32,000 nt of DNA from Raphidiopsis brookii D9. Lineage in GTDB: Bacteria; Cyanobacteriota; Cyanobacteriia; Cyanobacteriales; Nostocaceae. Below are positions 1-12,245 of the stretch, one piece after another. The notes beneath the pieces are model-generated. The model had not been told where the DNA came from, did no database searches, and worked only from the letters and a program-made list of their open reading frames with translations. A program made the translations under genes and the position numbers. Numbering within the stretch: position 1 is the first letter of the stretch; each line of letters starts with the position of its first letter. The stretch spans positions 150,001 through 182,000 of the forward strand of contig ACYB01000046.1 in assembly GCA_000175855.1 (NCBI GenBank), given 5' to 3'.

Positions 1-47
1 TTTACCATGGAGTTTTACCAAAAGCTATATAGTTACCTGTATTTTTT

Positions 48-1294
48 CTAGGGACGCTGAATAATGGTTTCCAGTACTCGACGCTTCAATTTAGGATCAA
101 TAACTACCAATCGTACATATTCACCAGCGTGTTCCAACAAACAAGATTCTAAAGCGGAAACCGCTTGTGGATAATCACTTATATGTAAATTGCCACAAGT
201 TTGCCAAGATCCCATAGAAAATCGTCTTTTATCAACGTATTCCACAGTGATTTTATGACCCTGGGATAAAACCTGACGAATTTGCTCCTGGGTGTCTAGA
301 GTTACCAGACTTAAGGGCGGGCTATTTTCTAAAGTTTTATTTGGAACATTTTGGTCATTGTGATCATGATTAGATTGCAAAGTCGGTAATTCTTTGACAG
401 GGGATTGAGCTTGATAACCCCTGCGATTATATTCAGCAACTAAATGAGAACTTTCCACATGTTTCTGCTCACCTACCATAACATTGCCAGCTTCAATTAA
501 ATGGAATAGGGTAAACTCAGGTTTTTGGAACTGTGGAGGAGGTTCCATACTATTAACCACCCGCATGGAAACTCTATCATATCCTATTTCATGGATAAAA
601 TCGCGAATTTGTTCGTCATAGATTCGCGAACGCAATGCACTAAAAAAGTCAATTGACTGATGGGGAAATGTATTAACTAACTGCTCAATTTCCACCGGAG
701 AAAGTCCATCCTCTGCAAAAATACCTCCCACAATTCCCACCTTATCATCATGGTTAGGTTCCCAGTAAAATTTCTCCATCCTCCCATCTCGAATTAATGG
801 TGCATAGAGGGTGGAAAAATCATTTCCAGTGACAATAATTGGTACTCGACGAATGGGTTTAGCATCATAACTTCCGGGTAACTGGACATCCGTGGGACTG
901 TCAGCAATGTTCATTAATGTGGCATTTACCAATTGAGTATTAACAGTGTATTGAGTTCCCTCGTCAAATCTACCGGCACCTGCGTCTAAATCATTAATCA
1001 TCAGCACACACATTTTGCCACGAACCTTAACCAGTTCCGCAGTCTCTCGATAGCGCAGACGAATTAATCTAGCTGGGTCCCCTGCATCTGGACTTTCTAA
1101 TTCCCCTCCGGAAATGAGAGTCACCCCCACACCCATTTTTCAAATGCCAATTCGCACTGAAATGACTTTCCTTCTCCCTTTCTACCATGAATTCCTAAAA
1201 TCAGCGGAACGCGCAGTCCCGCGAGATTGAGAAAGTTTTTAGTGATATGAACGGCTATTTTATCCAAAAACCGGGTAGAGATGTAGTAGGCCAT
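48..1294 (-). CDS. rca: Ribulose bisphosphate carboxylase/oxygenase activase (Rca) with C-terminal RbcS-like domain; reading frame interrupted by a 1-nt deletion near 1136-1140
   Basis: ORF 48..1136 carries VTLISGGELESPDAGDPARLIRLRYRETAELVKVRGKMCVLMINDLDAGAG and a RbcS-like tail (ITVEYVDKRRFSMGSWQTCGNL). Manual translation of 1294..1121 gives MAYYISTRFLDKIAVHITKNFLNLAGLRVPLILGIHGRKGEGKSFQCELAFEK, the missing N-terminus with Walker A, then WVWG-stop in the wrong frame. Confidence 0.93.
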
Positions 1295-1339
1295 ATTTCG
1301 GGAATTGTTAGAAACCGGTGAATTTCTACCAATTGTACG

Positions 1340-1573
1340 CTATTTTGGCAACCAGTTAGAACTTAAAACCACTGTTAAACCCAGAAAAATTACTGCCAGG
1401 CCCCAAGTAACACGATTGAGTGTATTCTCAGCACTTTTAGTACTGCTAAAAAGTTGAGCTTGTCCACCAATGGCTCCAATACCATCACCCTTGGGACTAT
1501 GTAACAAAACTAAAACAATTAAACCCAAAGCGGAGAAAGCCCAAATTACTTGTAGAATGTTGTTAATGTTCAT
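1340..1573 (-). CDS. secG: Preprotein translocase subunit SecG
   Basis: 77 aa, two hydrophobic segments, HSPKGDG...LFSSTKSAENTLNRVTW typical of SecG. Confidence 0.92.
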   Translation of the reverse strand: MNINNILQVIWAFSALGLIVLVLLHSPKGDGIGAIGGQAQLFSSTKSAENTLNRVTWGLAVIFLGLTVVLSSNWLPK

Positions 1574-1692
1574 AGCTAGTCAAAATGGTGTAAAATTGAA
1601 AATAATGTGATAAAAAACCTGCAAGTGCAGGTTTTGTCCCTATTTGCGACTTGGGATCGCTATTACTTGGAAACGCAAAAAGTATAACTTAT

Positions 1693-3291
1693 TTACAATC
1701 CCACCTGTACAGGTCTACGAGAGAATTGTAGATCATATTCAGGCGCTCTCAACAGGGATTTACCGGTCATTTCTGGAGGTTGAGGTAGTTTCAAAATATC
1801 CAGAATAGTGGGAGCAATGTCCGATAGTTTGCCATCATTACGCAAATCAACACTTGCACCATGTGCTGGTATTTTCAGCTTTTCTGCTTCGATTAAAATC
1901 AAGGGAACTGGGTTAGTAGTATGAGCTGTCCAGGGACTGCCATTTTCATCTACCATATACTCAGCATTGCCATGATCAGCTGTAATGATCAATGTACCAC
2001 CTGCTTTACCCACGCTCTCTACCAGTTTGCCCAAACATCGATCAACGGTTTCAATGGCTACCACTGTAGCATCCACTTTCCCCGTATGTCCTACCATGTC
2101 AGGGTTGGCATAGTTCATCACTATTAAAGAATAAATTCTTTTCTCTATAGCGGAAATAGCCAACCTAGTCACAGCATCAGCAGACATTTGGGGTTCCCGA
2201 TCGTATGTAGCAACTTGGGGACTTTCTACCATTGCTCTGTCTTCACCTTCATAAGCATACTCTAATCCCCCATTAAAGAAATATGTAACATGAGCATACT
2301 TTTCAGTTTCTGCAGTGCGAAACTGCTTGAGACCATGATTAGCAATCACCTCACCCAACATATTCTGTAAGTTCTGGGGGGCAAATGCTACAGATACAGG
2401 AAACTCGGGATCATATTGGGTAAAGGTCACAAAAGACAAAGGTGTAATTTGCTCCCGGGGAAAACCCTGAAAATTACCACTGACAAAGGCCTGAGTCAAT
2501 TCCCTGGCCCGGTCTGGGCGAAAATTAAAGAATATCACCCCATCACCAGGACTAATTGCACCGGGAGCAATTCTCACCGGAACGATAAACTCGTCGGTTA
2601 CTCCCTCAGCATATAAAGACTGCAAAACCTCTACAGCTGTTTTTCCTTTACCAGCACCCTCTTGTGTCATTACATCGTAGGCCAGTTGGACCCTGTCCCA
2701 ACGACGGTCTCTGTCCATAGCATAATATCGACCACTGATAGTAGTTATTCTTCCTACTCCCACACGGTCTATATAGTTTTCCAATTGTTGGATAGTTTTG
2801 ATGCCATCCACTGGTTGAGTATCACGCCCGTCCATAATAGCGTGAATACATACATCCAAAACTTGCTGTGATTTAGTAAAATCAAGCAAGCCCAACAGAT
2901 GGGTAATATGAGAATGTACCCCTCCGTCAGAACAAAGACCAACTAAATGCAACTTGCCATTTCGGGATTTCACTTCTTGGCAAATCTTGAGAAGTGCGGA
3001 ATTAGTAGCTAGAGAACCATCTCCTACAGCATCAGAGATGCGTACCAGTTCTTGGGGAACCACTCTTCCAGCGCCAATGTTCAAATGACCAACTTCTGAA
3101 TTGCCCATTTGACCTTCTGGCAACCCTACGGCTTTTCCTGATGTGCGGATGAGGGTGTGGGGATAACCTGCCCATAAACTGTCCATAATGGGAGTTTTAG
3201 CAGCTGCGATCGCGTTTCCGCGTTTATCCTCACAATAGCCCCATCCGTCTAAAATGACTAGCACCACAGGACTAACAGGTGCTTTGGTCAT
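1693..3291 (-). CDS. gpmI: 2,3-bisphosphoglycerate-independent phosphoglycerate mutase
   Basis: VVLVILDGWGYCEDKRGNAI, GNSEVGHLNIGAGRVV, HAIMDGRDTQP, FNFRPDRARELT, ITADHGNAE. Likely start is MTKAPVSP at 3291 rather than the track start 3369. Confidence 0.96.
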   Translation of the reverse strand: MTKAPVSPVVLVILDGWGYCEDKRGNAIAAAKTPIMDSLWAGYPHTLIRTSGKAVGLPEGQMGNSEVGHLNIGAGRVVPQELVRISDAVGDGSLATNSALLKICQEVKSRNGKLHLVGLCSDGGVHSHITHLLGLLDFTKSQQVLDVCIHAIMDGRDTQPVDGIKTIQQLENYIDRVGVGRITTISGRYYAMDRDRRWDRVQLAYDVMTQEGAGKGKTAVEVLQSLYAEGVTDEFIVPVRIAPGAISPGDGVIFFNFRPDRARELTQAFVSGNFQGFPREQITPLSFVTFTQYDPEFPVSVAFAPQNLQNMLGEVIANHGLKQFRTAETEKYAHVTYFFNGGLEYAYEGEDRAMVESPQVATYDREPQMSADAVTRLAISAIEKRIYSLIVMNYANPDMVGHTGKVDATVVAIETVDRCLGKLVESVGKAGGTLIITADHGNAEYMVDENGSPWTAHTTNPVPLILIEAEKLKIPAHGASVDLRNDGKLSDIAPTILDILKLPQPPEMTGKSLLRAPEYDLQFSRRPVQVGL

Positions 3292-3460
3292 AGTAAAATT
3301 GCCCTTTACTTTTTTTAATAACCGAATAATAGCACTACTCCCTGAAGATTGCAGCAATAATTTCCACAACCTGCAATTTAGGTAACTTTACTAATATAAT
3401 TGACAAAGCTGCTTGTAATTGTACACCTTTGTCAACTATACTGTTAGCTAGGGGAAATCT

Positions 3461-4678
<1,218 letters not shown>

Positions 4679-4912
4679 CTACTTTTTCTTTTTGTTACCT
4701 TGCTCGCTAGACATGCCATACTTACGAAGAAAGCGTTCCACACGACCCTCAGCATCAATAATTTTCTGAGTACCAGTGTAATAGGGATGGTTTCCAGACC
4801 AAACATCTACGTGTAATTCGGGTTTAGTTGAACCGACGGTCATCACAATCTGACCATTACAATAGACTTTAGCTTCTGGATACCACTGGGGATGAATATC
4901 AGGTTTAGCCAT
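4679..4912 (-). CDS. rpmE: 50S ribosomal protein L31
   Basis: MAKPDIHPQWYPEAKVYCNGQIVMTVGSTKPELHVDVWSGNHPYYTG; start trimmed to 4912. Confidence 0.93.
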   Translation of the reverse strand: MAKPDIHPQWYPEAKVYCNGQIVMTVGSTKPELHVDVWSGNHPYYTGTQKIIDAEGRVERFLRKYGMSSEQGNKKKK

Positions 4913-4981
4913 TTTTCCTTTTGTGGTGTTTATCAAAATTATAGCTTTTATAGCTTTGCAACTCGACAGCTTTTCCGTCAA

Positions 4982-5401
4982 CTATCGTTTTGAGTATTGA
5001 GGAGCTTTTCGAGCTTTATGTAATCCGTATTTCTTCCGCTCTTTCGCTCGTGGATCCCGAGTTAAATAACCCTCAATTTTTAAGGGTGAACGATTGTCTG
5101 GATCCAACTGACATAGGGCACGAGCTACACCCAAACGAATTGAGTCCGCTTGTCCAGTTAGACCGCCACCTTTGGCTTTTACTAAAATATCGTACTCATT
5201 TTCCAACCCTAGAGTTTCTAAGGGGGCTTTAATGACTCCTAAGTAGTTGGGATTGTATTGGAAGTACAATTCCCCTTCTTTGCCATTGACCACAAATTTA
5301 CCTTCTCCAGGGACTAGACGTACCTGCGCAACTGCGGATTTGCGCCGACCCGTGCCCCAATACAGGGCACGACCACTATTAGTTTCTGCTACTGTTGCCA
5401 T
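4982..5401 (-). CDS. rpsI: 30S ribosomal protein S9
   Basis: [67 protein letters not shown]. Confidence 0.97.
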   Translation of the reverse strand: MATVAETNSGRALYWGTGRRKSAVAQVRLVPGEGKFVVNGKEGELYFQYNPNYLGVIKAPLETLGLENEYDILVKAKGGGLTGQADSIRLGVARALCQLDPDNRSPLKIEGYLTRDPRAKERKKYGLHKARKAPQYSKR

Positions 5402-5403
5402 GA

Positions 5404-5859
5404 TTAGTTTTCTCCGGGAATAGTGTTAATAATTAGTTCTTTAGGTTTTTGTGCTGTGTGAGGATGGGTCGAACCACTATAAACTTTCAGTTTGGTGAAT
5501 AACTGTCTACCTAAGCTATTTTTAGGTAACATACCTTTTACAGCATGCTCAACTATTCTTTCTGGTAGGCGCTGTTGCAATTTAGCAAAGGTTTCTGTTT
5601 TCATCCCCCCAGGACGACCAGAATGCCTACGGTAAAGTTTTTGACTCGGTTTTTTGCCCGTAACTACCACTTTTTCCGCATTGATTACTACCACAAAGTC
5701 TCCTGTGTCCAAATGGGGGGTATATTCAGCTTTTCTTTTACCCCGGAGAACCATGGCAATTTCACTCGCTAGTCTACCTAGACGCTTGTCTGCGGCATCT
5801 ACTACATACCAGTCACGTTTAATTTCTTCCTCTGGAGGAAGATAAGTTTTACTACTCAT
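5404..5859 (-). CDS. rplM: 50S ribosomal protein L13
   Basis: [47 protein letters not shown]. Likely start is MSSKTYL at 5859, overlapping the truA stop by 8 nt. Confidence 0.96.
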   Translation of the reverse strand: MSSKTYLPPEEEIKRDWYVVDAADKRLGRLASEIAMVLRGKRKAEYTPHLDTGDFVVVINAEKVVVTGKKPSQKLYRRHSGRPGGMKTETFAKLQQRLPERIVEHAVKGMLPKNSLGRQLFTKLKVYSGSTHPHTAQKPKELIINTIPGEN

Positions 5860-6730
5860 TGTTTTTTCCTTTGTCGGTTTTAAGTGATCCGTCATCGGTC
5901 CGGTGACCAAATACTAAATAGGGTTGAGTTTCATACCAAATTTCCTGGGAAAAGGGAAAGTCATTATATCCAACCCTTAGTAAGCATAGACCTTGAGGTG
6001 GTGCTGCATATTTCACTTTTTCTCGGTCTTCTGTTTGCCAAATGTTTGTGAAATCTTCTAGGGACTTCTGTTTGCTTCCTACCTGCACTAACATCCCCAC
6101 TAATAACCTTACCATGCCATACAAAAATCCATTGGCTTGAATCTCTATATGTACTAATGAGCCTTGACGACAACATTCCACTGCTTGTATTTCTACCCAG
6201 GAATGCGATCGCGCTGATCCAGCGCGGTGAAAAGCTGCTAGGTGGTGTTTTCCCACAAGGGGAGTTAAAGCCGCTTGCATCAACTCTTCCTCCAGGGGAG
6301 CATAATAATAATGCCAACTAAACGGACTCACAAACAAGTTTGGTAGAGCTTGAGTATAGATAGTGTATCTATATCGTCGGTACACTGCACTAAACCGGGC
6401 GTGCCAACTTTCTTTTACGCCAGCAGAAGCCCTGATTAGTATGTCCGGGGGTAAGTAACTGTTCAAAACGGTTGCCCACTTGTGCGCCGGTATGTGCCCT
6501 GTAGCATTGAAATGGGCAACTTGAGCAGCTGCATGAACCCCGGCATCAGTTCTTCCCGCACCATGTAGTGTTACATGATACCCTAGAACACTGGCTATAG
6601 CTATTTCTATTTCTTCTTGAACTGTACGTTGGGCTTTTTGCCGTTGCCACCCATGGAAATTGGTACCTAAATACTGAATAACTAAGGCAACTCGATAAGT
6701 TGGGGTGGGCTGGCGGCTATCTGACATCAT
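5852..6730 (-). CDS. truA: tRNA pseudouridine(38-40) synthase
   Basis: [41 protein letters not shown]. Confidence 0.94.
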   Translation of the reverse strand: MMSDSRQPTPTYRVALVIQYLGTNFHGWQRQKAQRTVQEEIEIAIASVLGYHVTLHGAGRTDAGVHAAAQVAHFNATGHIPAHKWATVLNSYLPPDILIRASAGVKESWHARFSAVYRRYRYTIYTQALPNLFVSPFSWHYYYAPLEEELMQAALTPLVGKHHLAAFHRAGSARSHSWVEIQAVECCRQGSLVHIEIQANGFLYGMVRLLVGMLVQVGSKQKSLEDFTNIWQTEDREKVKYAAPPQGLCLLRVGYNDFPFSQEIWYETQPYLVFGHRTDDGSLKTDKGKNNE

Positions 6731-6759
6731 GGGTTAGATGGGTTGGGGTTCCCTATTCC

Positions 6760-7110
6760 CTACACTAGTTCAATAATCGCCATTTCGGCATGATCGCCCC
6801 GACGGGGGACAGTATGCAAAATACGGGTATAACCACCTTGACGATTCCCATACCGAGTTGGTGCTTGCTCAAACAATGCCTTAACCAGGGACTTATCATA
6901 GATATAACCCAACGCCTCTCTACGAGCTGATAAAGAACCATCTTTTGCTAAGGTGATCATCTTTTCTGCTTCACTGCGTACTACCTTAGCACGAATTAGA
7001 GTGGTAGTAATACGACCATGACGTATAAGCTCTGTGGTCAGCGATCGCAATAAAGCACGACGCTGGTCTGCTGGTTTACCAAGTTTTTTTACTTTACAAC
7101 GGTGACGCAT
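6760..7110 (-). CDS. rplQ: 50S ribosomal protein L17
   Basis: [34 protein letters not shown]. Confidence 0.97.
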   Translation of the reverse strand: MRHRCKVKKLGKPADQRRALLRSLTTELIRHGRITTTLIRAKVVRSEAEKMITLAKDGSLSARREALGYIYDKSLVKALFEQAPTRYGNRQGGYTRILHTVPRRGDHAEMAIIELV

Positions 7111-7143
7111 AATAGGGACCTATTACTATGAAAAACAATCGGA

Positions 7144-8088
7144 CTAGCTTTGTTTAGAACTTCTTTCCTGTGGTAAGGTAATACCTAGACGGCGCTGTAA
7201 AGCTTCCACCACTTCTTCTGCCGATTTTTGACCAAAGTTCTTGATTTCTAACAAATCTTCTTGGGTATAATCCAACAAATCTGCTACAGAATTAACTTGA
7301 GCGCGTTTCAGGCAGTTGTAAGCACGAACAGATAGCTGTAACTCCTCAATAGGAATTTGGGCAGTGGGATCATCTGGCATATCCAAGCCCATGTCCGTAG
7401 GCTCCAAGGAGATATCCTTAAGAGGGTTAAATAATTCTACCAGAATTGCCGCAGATGAAGACAGGGCCTCCTGGGGTGAAATACTGCCATTAGTCCAAAC
7501 TTCCAACAAAAGCCGGTCTTTTAGGCTACCATCACCACGGGATTCTTCCACGCTATAATTAACTTTTCGCACCGGCATAAATACTGAGTCAATCTGCAAA
7601 AAGTCCAGGGATGTGGCCTCTTCTCTTCCCTTTTCTACAGTGCGGTAGCCCTTACCCCTTTCAATGCGAAACTCCATTTCCAGTTTGCCGCCCTCTGCTA
7701 AAGTAGCTACATACTGGGTAGGATCAATCACCTCCACCTCACCAGGCAAATCAAAATGGGCTGCGGTAACCGTTGTGGGGCCGGTAACTAGCAACCTTCC
7801 TATTTGTGGTTGATGGGAATAGCTTTTGAGAATCACCTCTTTCATCCGCATGATGATTTCCATCACATCTTCCCGCACTCCGGGAACTGTGGCAAACTCA
7901 TGGGTGACACCAGCTATTCTTACTGCAGTGACTGCTGTTCCTTCTAAATTAGATAACAAAACCCGTCGCAACGCATTACCTACCGTTGTTCCTTGACCCC
8001 TTTCCAGGGGTTCTAGGACGAACCTACCATAATGATTACGACTTTCCTCAGTACTAGACTCTACACATTCAATTTGAAACTGCGCCAC
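7144..8088 (-). CDS. rpoA: DNA-directed RNA polymerase subunit alpha
   Basis: GRFVLEPLERGQGTTVGNALRRVLLSNLEG and C-terminal domain LSVRAYNCLKRAQVNSVADLLDY. Confidence 0.98.
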   Translation of the reverse strand: MAQFQIECVESSTEESRNHYGRFVLEPLERGQGTTVGNALRRVLLSNLEGTAVTAVRIAGVTHEFATVPGVREDVMEIIMRMKEVILKSYSHQPQIGRLLVTGPTTVTAAHFDLPGEVEVIDPTQYVATLAEGGKLEMEFRIERGKGYRTVEKGREEATSLDFLQIDSVFMPVRKVNYSVEESRGDGSLKDRLLLEVWTNGSISPQEALSSSAAILVELFNPLKDISLEPTDMGLDMPDDPTAQIPIEELQLSVRAYNCLKRAQVNSVADLLDYTQEDLLEIKNFGQKSAEEVVEALQRRLGITLPQERSSKQS

Positions 8089-8331
8089 GGAGTAGCCTCC
8101 CCTTTAAGGTGCTGCTGGCAAAAATTTGCCCCTCGAATTAACTAACTTTATGCCCTGATCTGTGATTTTGGTGGATCAAAGTGCCATAATTTAAACCAAT
8201 CTTTAACCAATCTTTCCAGTGATAAAAGTTTAACTTTCCCAATTGGTCATCTATAGTTTTCTGCTCCCCTTGAGGAATGCCCATCAAGGGGGAATCCTGT
8301 TCACCATACCAAATCAATGTCAACTTGATAT

Positions 8332-8727
8332 TTACACCCGACGGCGTTTAGGTGGACGACAGCCATTATGGGGAATAGGGGTAACATCCCGAATCAGGGT
8401 AATTTCTAATCCTGCCCCTTGTAAAGCTCGAATTGCCGTTTCCCTTCCTGCTCCTGGTCCACTGACCATCACCTGAATTTGACGCATTCCTTGGTCAATA
8501 GCGCGACGACCGGCGCTTTCAGCTGCGGTTTGGGCGGCAAAGGGAGTACCTTTTTTTGCCCCCTTAAATCCACTGGAACCAGCACTGGCCCAGGAGATTA
8601 CATCTCCGTTTTGATCCGTAATGGTGACAATGCTATTGTTGAAAGTAGATTGAATGTAGGCAACGCCATTAGGTACATTCTTCTTCTGCTTTTTACTCCC
8701 GGTTTTTTTGGTTGGTTGTCTTGCCAT
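8332..8727 (-). CDS. rpsK: 30S ribosomal protein S11
   Basis: [36 protein letters not shown]...[18 protein letters not shown]. Confidence 0.98.
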   Translation of the reverse strand: MARQPTKKTGSKKQKKNVPNGVAYIQSTFNNSIVTITDQNGDVISWASAGSSGFKGAKKGTPFAAQTAAESAGRRAIDQGMRQIQVMVSGPGAGRETAIRALQGAGLEITLIRDVTPIPHNGCRPPKRRRV

Positions 8728-8772
8728 GTTTGTTTGCTGAATTTAGCTGAATTTAGACTAAAACTTGTTCAC

Positions 8773-9153
8773 TTATTTACCAGGGGCCTTTTTCTTACCA
8801 GCCACTGTTTGTCTCCTACCGCGTCTGGTTCTGGCATTGGTACGGGTTCTTTGACCCCTTACAGGTAGACCCATACGATGACGACGACCACGATAACAGC
8901 CTATGTCAACTAGACGCTTGATATTCATGGCCTCTAAACGTCTCAGATCCCCCTCTACTTGATAGTTGCTTTCTATCTCAGCTCTTAAAGCCGCTAAATC
9001 AGCATCAGTCAAATCCTTAACCCGGGTATCTGGGTTTACATCCGTGGCCGCTAAAATGTCCTGCGACCTTCTCAATCCAATCCCATATATGTAAGTTAGA
9101 CCTATCTCTACGCGTTTGTCACGCGGTAGGTCTACTCCTGCAATCCGTGCCAC
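8773..9153 (-). CDS. rpsM: 30S ribosomal protein S13 (probable GTG start at 9153)
   Basis: [26 protein letters not shown]...[18 protein letters not shown]. Track ORF extends to 9210, but homology begins at (V)ARIAGV. Confidence 0.95.
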   Translation of the reverse strand: MARIAGVDLPRDKRVEIGLTYIYGIGLRRSQDILAATDVNPDTRVKDLTDADLAALRAEIESNYQVEGDLRRLEAMNIKRLVDIGCYRGRRHRMGLPVRGQRTRTNARTRRGRRQTVAGKKKAPGK

Positions 9154-9225
9154 AATTAATCTCTCCCTCTTTTTTTGGTTTTTTTGTTTATTAGCGTACT
9201 GAAACTGCAAATTTTGTTGACAGTT

Positions 9226-9339
9226 TTAGCCTTGCCGTTGCTTGTGTTTAGGGTTTTCACAAATAACCATAACGCGACCACGACGTTTGATCACGTTACA
9301 CTTATCACAGATTTTCTTGACTGAGGCTCTAACTTTCAT
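9226..9339 (-). CDS. rpmJ: 50S ribosomal protein L36 (absent from the ORF track, below its length cut)
   Basis: Manual translation: [37 protein letters not shown]-stop, with the Cys/His zinc motif, between rpsM and infA. Confidence 0.96.
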   Translation of the reverse strand: MKVRASVKKICDKCNVIKRRGRVMVICENPKHKQRQG

Positions 9340-9444
9340 GCCCTTTTTGTTGAACTCCAAATGGTAAATTATAACATTTCCCGAAAAATTATTTCAGTCA
9401 CTACGAAGGGAAAATCCGCAGGTTTTATGATAAGATTGCTAGTC

Positions 9445-9669
9445 TTACTTCTTCCGTAGTCGGTAGGTAATACGACCCTTAGTTAAGTCATAAGGGGTCA
9501 GCTCCACCTTGACCCGGTCCCCCGGCAAAATTTTGATATAATTACGGCGGATTTTCCCAGAAATGTGTGCCAGGACATTAAACCCGTTATCTAGGTCAAC
9601 TCGAAACATAGCGTTGGGCAATGATTCGGTTACAGTCCCTTCCATTTCAATCAAGTCTTGTTTAGACAA
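9445..9669 (-). CDS. infA: Translation initiation factor IF-1
   Basis: [63 protein letters not shown]. Confidence 0.97.
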
Positions 9670-9797
9670 GGTTTTTCCTCAACTCGGTAATTATTCGTTC
9701 CAGGACAGATGCAATCTTGACAAGGAAACAATGTGGAATATATCAACAGCTTATTAATATATCTTAGCTAAAAGGGATGGGGAAGAAAGAAAATAGA

Positions 9798-10373
9798 TTA
9801 GAAACTGGGGTCATTTCCTACAACAGTGATAGCTATTTTTAAGGCGCTGGTGACTTCTTCTTGGGATTGGTTACCATTAACAGTCAACAGCTTATGGCGA
9901 TCGCCATAATACTGAATTAGGGGAGCAGTGTCTCGTCTGTAAACATTTAGTCTATGGCGAATAACATCCTCCAAGTCATCTTTTCTACCCCTTCCCAGCA
10001 AGCGAGAGACGACAATCTCATCGGGTGCATCGAGATTAACCACCCTTTCTGAATCACCCTGGATCCGGTCTAAAAGATTGCCCAAGAAAACCGCCTGAGA
10101 TACTGTGCGGGGGAAACCATCAAGAATCCAACCTTTTTGGGCATCCGATTTTTCCAGTCTTTCTTCCACCATATCTTGCACCAGCTGGTCAGGGACTAAA
10201 TCCCCCTTATCCATATACTCCTGAGCTTTCACACCCAGAGCTGTTTGGTCAGTAATGGCTTGGCGTAAAATGTCCCCAGTGGAAATGTGAGGAACCTGCA
10301 AAAAATCAGCCAAAACCTTGGCTTGAGTTCCCTTACCCGCACCTGGTGGACCCAAGAAGATTAATCGCGTCAC
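9798..10373 (-). CDS. adk: Adenylate kinase (GTG start)
   Basis: LIFLGPPGAGKGTQAK, GWILDGFPRTVSQA; secY TAG and adk GTG share the base at 10373. Confidence 0.96.
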   Translation of the reverse strand: MTRLIFLGPPGAGKGTQAKVLADFLQVPHISTGDILRQAITDQTALGVKAQEYMDKGDLVPDQLVQDMVEERLEKSDAQKGWILDGFPRTVSQAVFLGNLLDRIQGDSERVVNLDAPDEIVVSRLLGRGRKDDLEDVIRHRLNVYRRDTAPLIQYYGDRHKLLTVNGNQSQEEVTSALKIAITVVGNDPSF

Positions 10374-11686
10374 TATTGTTTCACCATTCCTTCATAGCGT
10401 TGAGAGATGACGTAAGTTTGGATTTGCCTTGCCGTATCAATAGCCACACCCACTAAAATCAGTAAAGAAGTGGCTCCCAAACCTCTAAAAGTTGGTACAT
10501 TTAAAGTGCTTTCCACGGCGGTAGGAATAATGGCCACCAGTCCTAAAAACATAGCTCCCAAAAAAGTCAAACGGTTGCTGACCCGCTCAATATACTCACT
10601 GGTAGCTTTGCCAGGTCTAATTCCAGGGATACTAGAACCCATTTTCTTCAAATTTTGAGCCACATCTACCGGGTTGAGAATCAAGGAAGAATAGAAATAG
10701 CTAAAGAAGATAATAGAAACCATGTATACCAAAGCATACACCCAAGAGCTAGATCCGCTAGGGCTCAAATAGGTGTTAACTATATTTGCCAATTCAACAT
10801 TCTTAGTAAAGTTAGCAATTAGCAAGGGCAAACTAAGGATGGCAGCGGCAAAAATAATCGGCATGACACCGCCCTGATTCAAACGTAAAGGCAGAAAACT
10901 TCTTTGTTCTGCTAAAACTCGCCGACCTACTTGACGACGGGCAGAAATAATTGGAATTCGGCGTATACCTTCCTGGACGAATACAATACCAATAATGGTG
11001 GCTACAAACACCAACACCAAAACAATCACCCGTCCCACAATTTCCCTACCACCGACCTGCACCAAGTCAATAGTGTCACCCAGGGACTTAGGTAAGGAAG
11101 CCACAATATTGACAAAAATCAACAAAGATGCACCATTACCAATCCCCCGCTCCGTAATTAACTCGGATGCCCACATAACAAACATGGAACCAGCAGTCAA
11201 GGCTATTGCGGTTTCCGCCACAAAAATCGGGCCTGGATTGAGGGCAAACTGCTGCAGGAATAAAGCTGAAAAAGCTGTACTCTGAAGAATTGCCCAACCT
11301 AAAGACACATATCTGGTAATCTGAGATATTTTCCGTCTTCCTGCTTCTCCTTCGTTTTTCTGTAAATTTTCTAAAGAAGGAATAGCAGCAGTCAACAATT
11401 GGATAATAATGGACGCATTGATAAAGGGAAGAATACCCAAGGCAAAAACACCCAAGGTGGATAGTCCCCTTCCCGAAAATATATCCAACAAACCGAAAAT
11501 GGCATTATTCCCAGATATGGCCTGTGCAAATCTTTCGCGGTCAATTCCGGGAACTGGCAAAAAAATACCCAATCGCACCAAAATTAGAATCCCGACCGTG
11601 ACAAGCAGCCTTCCTCTTAGTCCAGCTGCTTGCGCCATTTGCATAAAAGTTTCCTGAGCCGTTGGGGCTTTGTCTCGACTGATCAT
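10373..11686 (-). CDS. secY: Preprotein translocase subunit SecY
   Basis: VRLGIFLPVPGIDRERF, SIFALGILPFINASIIIQLL-like segment, GGVMPIIFAAAIL, PGIRPGKATSEYIERVSNRLTFLGA; multiple TM segments. Confidence 0.97.
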   Translation of the reverse strand: MISRDKAPTAQETFMQMAQAAGLRGRLLVTVGILILVRLGIFLPVPGIDRERFAQAISGNNAIFGLLDIFSGRGLSTLGVFALGILPFINASIIIQLLTAAIPSLENLQKNEGEAGRRKISQITRYVSLGWAILQSTAFSALFLQQFALNPGPIFVAETAIALTAGSMFVMWASELITERGIGNGASLLIFVNIVASLPKSLGDTIDLVQVGGREIVGRVIVLVLVFVATIIGIVFVQEGIRRIPIISARRQVGRRVLAEQRSFLPLRLNQGGVMPIIFAAAILSLPLLIANFTKNVELANIVNTYLSPSGSSSWVYALVYMVSIIFFSYFYSSLILNPVDVAQNLKKMGSSIPGIRPGKATSEYIERVSNRLTFLGAMFLGLVAIIPTAVESTLNVPTFRGLGATSLLILVGVAIDTARQIQTYVISQRYEGMVKQ

Positions 11687-11741
11687 AAAGTCTTACCTTG
11701 ATAGTGAACCGGGTGCTGGCAGCTAGTTGACTAGCATGTCT

Positions 11742-12176
11742 TCAGCTTAAAACCTCACAACTACCACCAGCAGCCTCAATTTTGCTCCGAGCTTGACCGG
11801 TGAAAGCAGCAGCTTGCACCTTGAGTGGAACACCCAATTCCCCATTACCCAATACTTTTAAAGGTCCTTTAGCGGAGGTAAGAATACCTGCCTCTTTTAA
11901 AGAGGCCAGATTTACTTCCGAGTTAGCAGGTAGGGAAGCCAGCTTCTCTACATTTATCGTAGTGTAAACCCGACGATTGACTACAGGAAAACCTTTGAGC
12001 TTGGGTATTCGACGGTAAAGAGGTTGTTGTCCACCTTCAAAACCCGGTCTAGTGCTGCTACCAGAGCGGGACTTTTGACCCCGCATGCCCAGACCTGCAC
12101 TAGCGCCTTGACCGGCAGAAATACCTCTACCTACACGCTTGCGGTCGTTTTTTAGAGCCCTTTTGAGGCTTAACAT
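11742..12176 (-). CDS. rplO: 50S ribosomal protein L15
   Basis: [27 protein letters not shown]...[18 protein letters not shown]. Confidence 0.96.
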   Translation of the reverse strand: MLSLKRALKNDRKRVGRGISAGQGASAGLGMRGQKSRSGSSTRPGFEGGQQPLYRRIPKLKGFPVVNRRVYTTINVEKLASLPANSEVNLASLKEAGILTSAKGPLKVLGNGELGVPLKVQAAAFTGQARSKIEAAGGSCEVLS

Positions 12177-12245
12177 CGTTCAGTCTCATGTTGATCCTCT
12201 GGTTTTGCTATGGATTTTATTAATAAAACCCTGCATAAAGCATGA

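Noticed and set aside
8138-8323. 61-aa minus-strand ORF in the rpoA-rpsK spacer
   Set aside because: Short, no recognisable homology, and not part of the conserved gene order; more likely an untranslated spacer.
10995-11657. Plus-strand ORFs antisense to secY
   Set aside because: Reverse complements of hydrophobic SecY coding; no independent evidence.
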